The notes beneath the pieces are model-generated. The model was not told the origin of the DNA. It saw nothing but the letters and a program-made list of their open reading frames with translations, and did not search any database. Positions 58,394 to 64,000 of a stretch of 64,000 bases of DNA are shown in pieces. The position numbers and the translations under genes were made by a program. Numbering within the stretch: the first letter of the stretch is position 1; each line of letters opens with the position of its first letter. The stretch is from an uncultured Verrucomicrobiae bacterium (lineage in GTDB: Bacteria; Verrucomicrobiota; Verrucomicrobiia; Opitutales; JABDGR01): contig CAVXVB010000008.1 in NCBI GenBank assembly GCA_963765205.1, positions 416,001 to 480,000 of the forward strand. The letters run 5' to 3'.

Positions 58394-60008
58394 TTACGGA
58401 ATCGTAGTGTCGGGCGCGGCCCGGCTCATGCGCACGCGCACGTCGGTGGAATTGTTGATCGAGAAGGCGGGCGGGTCGCTGGGGGCGGTGACGGCGATGA
58501 AGTCGGCGCGGTGGACGTCGTCGAGGTAGAACGATGGCCGCGGGTCGGGCGCCACGGGCTGAATCTCGACGTTGCTCAGTTCGAGGTTCTTGATATGGCG
58601 GAGGAAAAAGCCCTGCGAAGGCGTGGGGCCGAACATGGAGGGGTTCGGATACATCTTTTCGACCTCGGGCACCTGAATCGTGGACGAATCCGGGGCCGCG
58701 CCGCCGACGTGCTGCACATAGATGTCCGAGAGCTTGACGTCTTCAATGGCGTAGCCCGGAATGCCGCTGAGGATGGAACTGTAGGACGAGGGGGTGTTGT
58801 AGCTGGTGATGTTAGAGATCAGGACGCGGCGCAGGGTGCCGACCTTGGTGGTGTCCGCCGGCCCGCGCAGGCGCGCGCCCAGGCGCAGGAAGATGGGGCA
58901 GGTGTTGAGGTCGCGCATGGTGATGTTGGTGATGGCGATGTCCTCGAGCAGGCCGCCGTCCACGGTCTCGAGCGCCAGGCCCCCGCAGCCCTCGAAGACG
59001 CAGTTCGAGATGGTGATATTGATGAATCCGCCGTTGGACTCGGTGCCTAACTTGATGCGCCCGGTCCCGCCGGCGGTGCCGCTTCTTGAAGGTGCCGTCG
59101 AGCACGGTGCCCAGTTCATAGCAGCCGGTGACGTAACAGTTGGTGATATTGACGTTCTCCGTGGCCTTGGCATAGCCGAGCGCGAAGCTGGACTTGGGGC
59201 AGATGCCGTCGTCCCACGGGGAGTTCACCGTTGTATTCGAGACGCGGACGTTTTTGCAGCAGTCAATGTCCATGCCGTCGCGGTCGGTGTCAATTTTGAG
59301 GTTGTCAATGGTGAGGTTGTCCACGCCGGTGAGCAGCAGGCCGAAGTGGCCGCCCTTGAGCAGGGAGAAATCGCGGAGGATGACGTTGCGGCAGTTCTTC
59401 AGGCCGATGGTCTTGTTGCCAACGCCAGCCTGCTCGGCGGTGTAGGTGGGATACCCGCCGCGGGCCGTGCGGCCGGCCCCGAAGCTAAGGCCCCGGCCCC
59501 ACAGCAGACCGGGCCCGGTGATCGAAAAGTCGCTGATGTTCTCGCCCCAAAGCAGCGAATTGTGCCAATGGTTGTGGCCGTAGTCCTGGTAGGCGTCCCA
59601 GGCCGTCTTGGGTTCGGCGGCATCGTAGGTTCCCCCCAGGTAGCCCGTAGTCTGCCCGGGGAGGGGAGAATCCGCGGCAATGATCGTGGCGCCGTGCGAG
59701 AGGTAGAGGTCCACGCGGCTCTTCAGCCGGATGGAGAAGGAGACATAATTGCCGCTGGGGAAGACCACGGTGCCGCCACCGGCCGCCGCCGCCGCCTCGA
59801 TGGCCTGGTTGATGGCGGGCGAGTCCACCGTCGTGCCGTCGCCGGTGGCCCCGTAGGCGCGAACGTCGAAGACCGAAGGCACCGCGGGGGCAACGCCGGC
59901 CGGGGGCTGGGCGGCGGCCAAGGCAGGGAGCGTTCCAGCCGCGGAGGCGGCCAAGCCCATGCAGCTAAGTTTCAAAAGATCGCGGCGGGTGGGGTTATAG
60001 CTTTTCAT
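58394..60008 (-). pseudogene. GH28 polygalacturonase-like with Tat signal, frameshifted near 59086
   Basis: TRRDLLK; DGMDID, DDGICPKS; GRIKLGTESNGG continues in another frame; colinear with paralog 60449-62260. Confidence 0.8.
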
Positions 60009-60448
60009 GACTGAGGGGTATTCAAGAATTGTCGTTTGGGGGGTTGGGCGGATGCTTATTATTCAAAAGCCATCCTCCATGTCCATAGCCTATTGTCTAA
60101 CGGTGGCGGGCGGGGTGTATCCTGTCTATCCGTTTGCAACGGGTCTTCGAGGACAGCGCCAAAATTGACGACGGAGCCTAGCTTCCCACCCGGGGCTGCG
60201 TGCGGAAAACTCTGGGAAGTCGAAGGCGACCGGCAGATGGAGCTTGATGACTTCAACAAGCAGGCGGCGTGGGCCGGCCACGGGGATTATTTTGAGTCCC
60301 GCGCAAGCACTTGTTTTTTTGGCAAAAAAAAACCACCCCACCCTTGCAAGGAATTCTTGCACAAGGCGAGGCGAGGCCTACAATGCGACTTCCCCAGGCT
60401 GGGCGATGACCCTTATCGCCGGGCTCCCCCACCCCGTTAGCACCCCTA

Positions 60449-62260
60449 ATGAAGACTTCGTCCATTTTCCACGCGGCCGGACTTTCCGCGCTCTTGGCCC
60501 TGACCGCCTTCGTGTCACTGCAGGCCGCCGATGCGCCCGCGCCGGGAGCCAGCCCGGCCGCCCTGACGCCAGCCGCCACGCCCGCGCAAAAAGTCGCACC
60601 CGAGCTGAATCCGCAGTTGCCGGCGGGCACGACAGTTTACAATATCCGCCAATTCGGCGCGACGGGCGACGGGGTGACGATTGACTCGGACGCGGTGAAC
60701 CGGGCGATTGACGCGGCGGAAGCAAACGGCGGCGGCACGGTCTATTTCCCCGCCGGCTACTATCTTTGCTATTCGATCCACCTGAAGACGAATATCACGC
60801 TGTATCTGGACCAGGGTTCGTGGGTGATCGCCGCGGAAACGCCCGCGGTGGTGGCGGCGCTGCAACCGCGCGGGGGGCGCGGCGGCGGCGGGGGTGCTGG
60901 AGCGGGCGCGGGGGGCGGCCAACCCACGTCAGTGCAGGACCTCCTGGCCCGCATCCCGCCGGGCACCAAGATGTATGATCCGATTGAACAAAACATGTGG
61001 ACCGGCCTGCCGATGTGGAACCGGCCCACGGCGACCCCCAGCGCCTACCAGGACTTCGGCCACTGCTTCTGGCACAACAGCTTGATCTGGGGTGACAGCA
61101 TCACGAATGTTTCCATCATTGGCCCGGGCACCATCTATGGGCGCGGGTTGTCGCGCGGCGACGGGCCCACGAACCTGGGCGGCGGCAATAAATCCATTTC
61201 CTTGGTCAACTGCCGTAATGTCACCCTGCGGGACTTTACCGTGTGGCAGGGCGGCTGGTTCTGTCTGCTGGCGACGGGGGTGGACAATTTCACCATCAGC
61301 AACATCAAGGTGGACACCAACCGCGACGGCTTCGACATTGACTGCTGCCAGAACGTCCACATCTCCGACTGCACGGTGAATTCGCCGCAGGATGACGGGA
61401 TCGTGTTGAAAAGTTCCTACGCGCTGGGCTACGCGCGCCCGACGCAGAATGTGACGATTACGAATTGCCAGGTGAGCGGCTTCCAAACCGGCACGCTGCT
61501 CGACGGCACTTACAAGCCCTTTGGCGGCAATGTGGATGGGGGCGGCTCCGGCACCGGGCGGATCAAGTTTGGCACCGAGTCCAACGGCGGCTTCAAGAAC
61601 ATCACCATTTCCAACTGCGTGTTCACGCATTGCCGCGGGCTCGCCCTCGAGTCGGTGGACGGCGGCAACATCGAGGATGTGAACATCAACAATATCACGA
61701 TGCAGGACATCGTGAATTCGCCGATTTACATCCGCCTGGGCCGCCGGTTGCGCGGGCCGCAGGACACCACGACGGTCGGCGTCATCCGCCGGGTCAACAT
61801 CAGCAACGTCACGGTCTCGAACGCGGTCAACACTTCCTCGATCATCATCGCGGGCACGGTGGACCACCCGATTGAAGACGTAAACCTGAGCGATATTCGC
61901 ATCCTCTATCAGGGTAGTGGCCCCAGCGCCTGGGCGCAACTCAACCCGCCGGAGGATGAAGCGCAAAATTATCCCGAGCCGAGCCGGCTGGGCAACATGC
62001 CCGCGTATGGCCTGTTTGCGCGGCACGTCAACGGCCTGACGCTACGCAACGTGAACGTCAGCTACGCCGCGCCGGACCTGCGCCCGGCGGTGGTGTTGGA
62101 CGACGTGCAGGGGATCGAGTTTGACCAATTCAAGAGCCAGCTCGAAGCCGGCGTGCCGGAGTTCATGCTCTGGAACACGCGGGACTTCTCAGTGAGTCAT
62201 TCGCCCGGCATCGCCGACCAGCATATAGACAAGATGGACCAAGGCGTCGTGGCGAAGTGA
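60449..62260 (+). CDS. GH28 polygalacturonase-like
   Basis: FGATGDG, NRDGFDID, DDGIVLKS, GRIKFGTESNGG. Confidence 0.88.
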   Translation: MKTSSIFHAAGLSALLALTAFVSLQAADAPAPGASPAALTPAATPAQKVAPELNPQLPAGTTVYNIRQFGATGDGVTIDSDAVNRAIDAAEANGGGTVYFPAGYYLCYSIHLKTNITLYLDQGSWVIAAETPAVVAALQPRGGRGGGGGAGAGAGGGQPTSVQDLLARIPPGTKMYDPIEQNMWTGLPMWNRPTATPSAYQDFGHCFWHNSLIWGDSITNVSIIGPGTIYGRGLSRGDGPTNLGGGNKSISLVNCRNVTLRDFTVWQGGWFCLLATGVDNFTISNIKVDTNRDGFDIDCCQNVHISDCTVNSPQDDGIVLKSSYALGYARPTQNVTITNCQVSGFQTGTLLDGTYKPFGGNVDGGGSGTGRIKFGTESNGGFKNITISNCVFTHCRGLALESVDGGNIEDVNINNITMQDIVNSPIYIRLGRRLRGPQDTTTVGVIRRVNISNVTVSNAVNTSSIIIAGTVDHPIEDVNLSDIRILYQGSGPSAWAQLNPPEDEAQNYPEPSRLGNMPAYGLFARHVNGLTLRNVNVSYAAPDLRPAVVLDDVQGIEFDQFKSQLEAGVPEFMLWNTRDFSVSHSPGIADQHIDKMDQGVVAK

Positions 62261-62289
62261 TTTATTAACCCCAACCTGCCCCCGTCACC

Positions 62290-63732
62290 ATGAAGATTAA
62301 AAGCCCCCTCATCCTCGCCGCGGCCCTCACCAGCGGCGCTCTCGCCACACTCGTGGCGCAAACCGCGCCCGCCCCGGCCGTGGCCACTCCGACACCCGCG
62401 GCCAGCGCCGACTCCGCGGCGGCACCCGCCGCTAATTCCGCTCCGGCGACGGGCCGCCCGGCGCGCGGCGCGCCCGCCCCCCAGCCCATTGGCGGCATCC
62501 AGGCGGTTTCGACAACCAGTTCCTACAAATTCTTCTTCGGCACCGGCGACGCGCCCGCGGGCTATACCAAAATCACGGGCGACATGGCCTACAACGACAC
62601 CCGCGGCTACGGCTTCGATGGCGGCACAAAGGCGGAGGTCCTCTCCAAGAAGATTGACGGCCAGCCGGACGTGAACCTCGCCACGGCGGACAAGGCGTTC
62701 TTTTTCTCGACCGCGCTGCCCGAGGGGAATTACAAGGTCACGGTGACAATGGGCCACCCGGATGTGGCGACGGATGTCAGCGTCAAAGCGGAGTCGCGCC
62801 GCCTGATGCTGGAAAACGTGCAGACCAAACCCGGCGAATACGTCACCAAAACGTTCATAGTGAATATCCGCACGCCGAAATACCCCGGCGGCGTGGTCAA
62901 CCTCAAGGCGACGCGCGAGACGCAACAGGAAGCCTGGGACTGGGACAATGGCTTGACGCTGGAATTCAACGGCGATCATCCGAGCATCGCGAACCTGCAA
63001 ATTGAAAAGGTGGACGTGCCGACGGTGTTTGTCATCGGGGACTCGACCTCGTGCGACCAATCGTCCGAGCCGTTCAACAGCTGGGGCCAGAGCATCACGC
63101 GCTTTTTCAAGCCCGAGGTGGCCGTCGCCAACCATGGGGAATCCGGCGAAACGATCGGAGACTGTTTAAGCCGCCACCGTTTCGACAAAATCTGGAGCGT
63201 GATGAAACCCGGCGACTACCTTTTGGTCACATCCGGCCATAACGAACCCAATGGCAAAAACGGGAACATGACCTTTGACCAGCGCTTTTATGACGACTTT
63301 AAACGCGTGGTGGACCAGACCCGCACCCTGGGTGGCATCCCCGTGCTGGTGACGCCCATCAGCCGCGCCCCCGGTTCGCAATCACTCGGGCCTTACCCCG
63401 ACGAGCTGCGCCAACTGGCCAAGGATGACAATGTCGCCCTTATTGACCTCAACAGCGCGACGGCCACGTTTTACAAGGCGGTGCCGGATTATCATGTGGT
63501 CTTTGCCAGCCGCACCGAGGCCACCCACACGGGGGATTATGGCAGTTATGAGGTTTCCAAAATGATCATGGCGGGCATCAAGCAAAACAATTTGCCGCTG
63601 GCCAAGTCCATCGTGGATGACTTCACGGGCTATGATCCGGCGCATCCGGATGCGTTTGAGAGCTACAAGGTTGCGCCCACGCCGAAGAAGAGCGCCGCCA
63701 ACGCAGCCGCCGCGGTGCCCGATGGCAATTAA
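62290..63732 (+). CDS. Rhamnogalacturonan acetylesterase (CE12, SGNH)
   Basis: IGDST, SWGQ, NHGESG, GHNE, TH. Confidence 0.85.
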   Translation: MKIKSPLILAAALTSGALATLVAQTAPAPAVATPTPAASADSAAAPAANSAPATGRPARGAPAPQPIGGIQAVSTTSSYKFFFGTGDAPAGYTKITGDMAYNDTRGYGFDGGTKAEVLSKKIDGQPDVNLATADKAFFFSTALPEGNYKVTVTMGHPDVATDVSVKAESRRLMLENVQTKPGEYVTKTFIVNIRTPKYPGGVVNLKATRETQQEAWDWDNGLTLEFNGDHPSIANLQIEKVDVPTVFVIGDSTSCDQSSEPFNSWGQSITRFFKPEVAVANHGESGETIGDCLSRHRFDKIWSVMKPGDYLLVTSGHNEPNGKNGNMTFDQRFYDDFKRVVDQTRTLGGIPVLVTPISRAPGSQSLGPYPDELRQLAKDDNVALIDLNSATATFYKAVPDYHVVFASRTEATHTGDYGSYEVSKMIMAGIKQNNLPLAKSIVDDFTGYDPAHPDAFESYKVAPTPKKSAANAAAAVPDGN

Positions 63733-63746
63733 AGGCGCCGCTCCGC

Positions 63747-63878
63747 CAACTCCCAACATTCAACATCGAACATCCCATGCCGGACATCGAACTTTGAAAA
63801 TTGAATGAAGCGCGGAATAAAGCCGTTGCTGCTCTTCATTGGATGTTGAAAGTTGGATGTTCGATGTTGGATGCTCAA
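63747..63878. repeat. AACATCC/G palindromic heptamer element
   Basis: caacattcaacatcgaacatcc ... ttcattggatgttgaaagttggatgttcgatgttggatg. Confidence 0.85.
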
Positions 63879-63888
63879 TAATCTTCCC

Positions 63889-64000
63889 ATGCGCACCTCG
63901 CTGCTCTATGTCATGGCGTTCGCCATGGCCGCCCTATCCATCATCCCCGCCCGCGGCGCGGACCGCCCGCCGTTTTACAAGGTCTTTCAATTCCCGCCGG
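63889..64000 (+). CDS. 5' end of exported protein (partial)
   Basis: MRTSLLYVMAFAMAALSIIPARGADRPPFYKVFQFPP. Confidence 0.55.
   Translation, partial: MRTSLLYVMAFAMAALSIIPARGADRPPFYKVFQFPP

Noticed and set aside
3757..62026. Long antisense or alternative-frame ORFs (e.g. 3757-4965, 11166-12470, 43106-44602, 49627-51297, 60929-62026)
   Set aside because: They are GC-rich shadow frames overlapping well-supported genes
178..63878. Heptamer/9-mer arrays as CRISPR
   Set aside because: No constant repeat with unique spacers and no cas genes

Overview
This is a GC-rich bacterial chromosomal window. TIGR02597 and PEP-CTERM proteins, DUF1552 and many secreted CAZymes suggest Verrucomicrobia/Opitutae (inference). 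It carries pectin/hemicellulose genes (2x PL22 Ogl, 2x GH2, GH39, 2x GH28, CE12, araBAD), housekeeping genes (aroQ, pgsA, coaD, RNA methyltransferases, a 5'-3' exonuclease), a hopanoid cluster (shc, hpnG-like, hpnH) and three type II TA pairs. The main finding is a complete 3025-bp IS1595-family element (27424-30448) with 23-bp TIRs and an 8-bp AATTTTTT target duplication. Its cargo includes a tRNA with a class II tRNA-Leu body (G1-C72, A73, A15:U48, long variable arm) but a proline anticodon (UGG), so it is a candidate Pro-to-Leu mistranslating tRNA. It sits behind a terminator/antiterminator-like RNA switch and is flanked by RHH, wHTH and DUF6941-like genes. A second theme is several families of short-period (7/9-nt) palindromic repeats in intergenic spaces; the 7-nt families are also inserted in frame in shc, hpnG and the TrmH tail. 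Three frameshifts and one premature stop could be assembly errors, so single-base claims, including the anticodon, need read-level confirmation. All family assignments come from motif recognition, not database searches.
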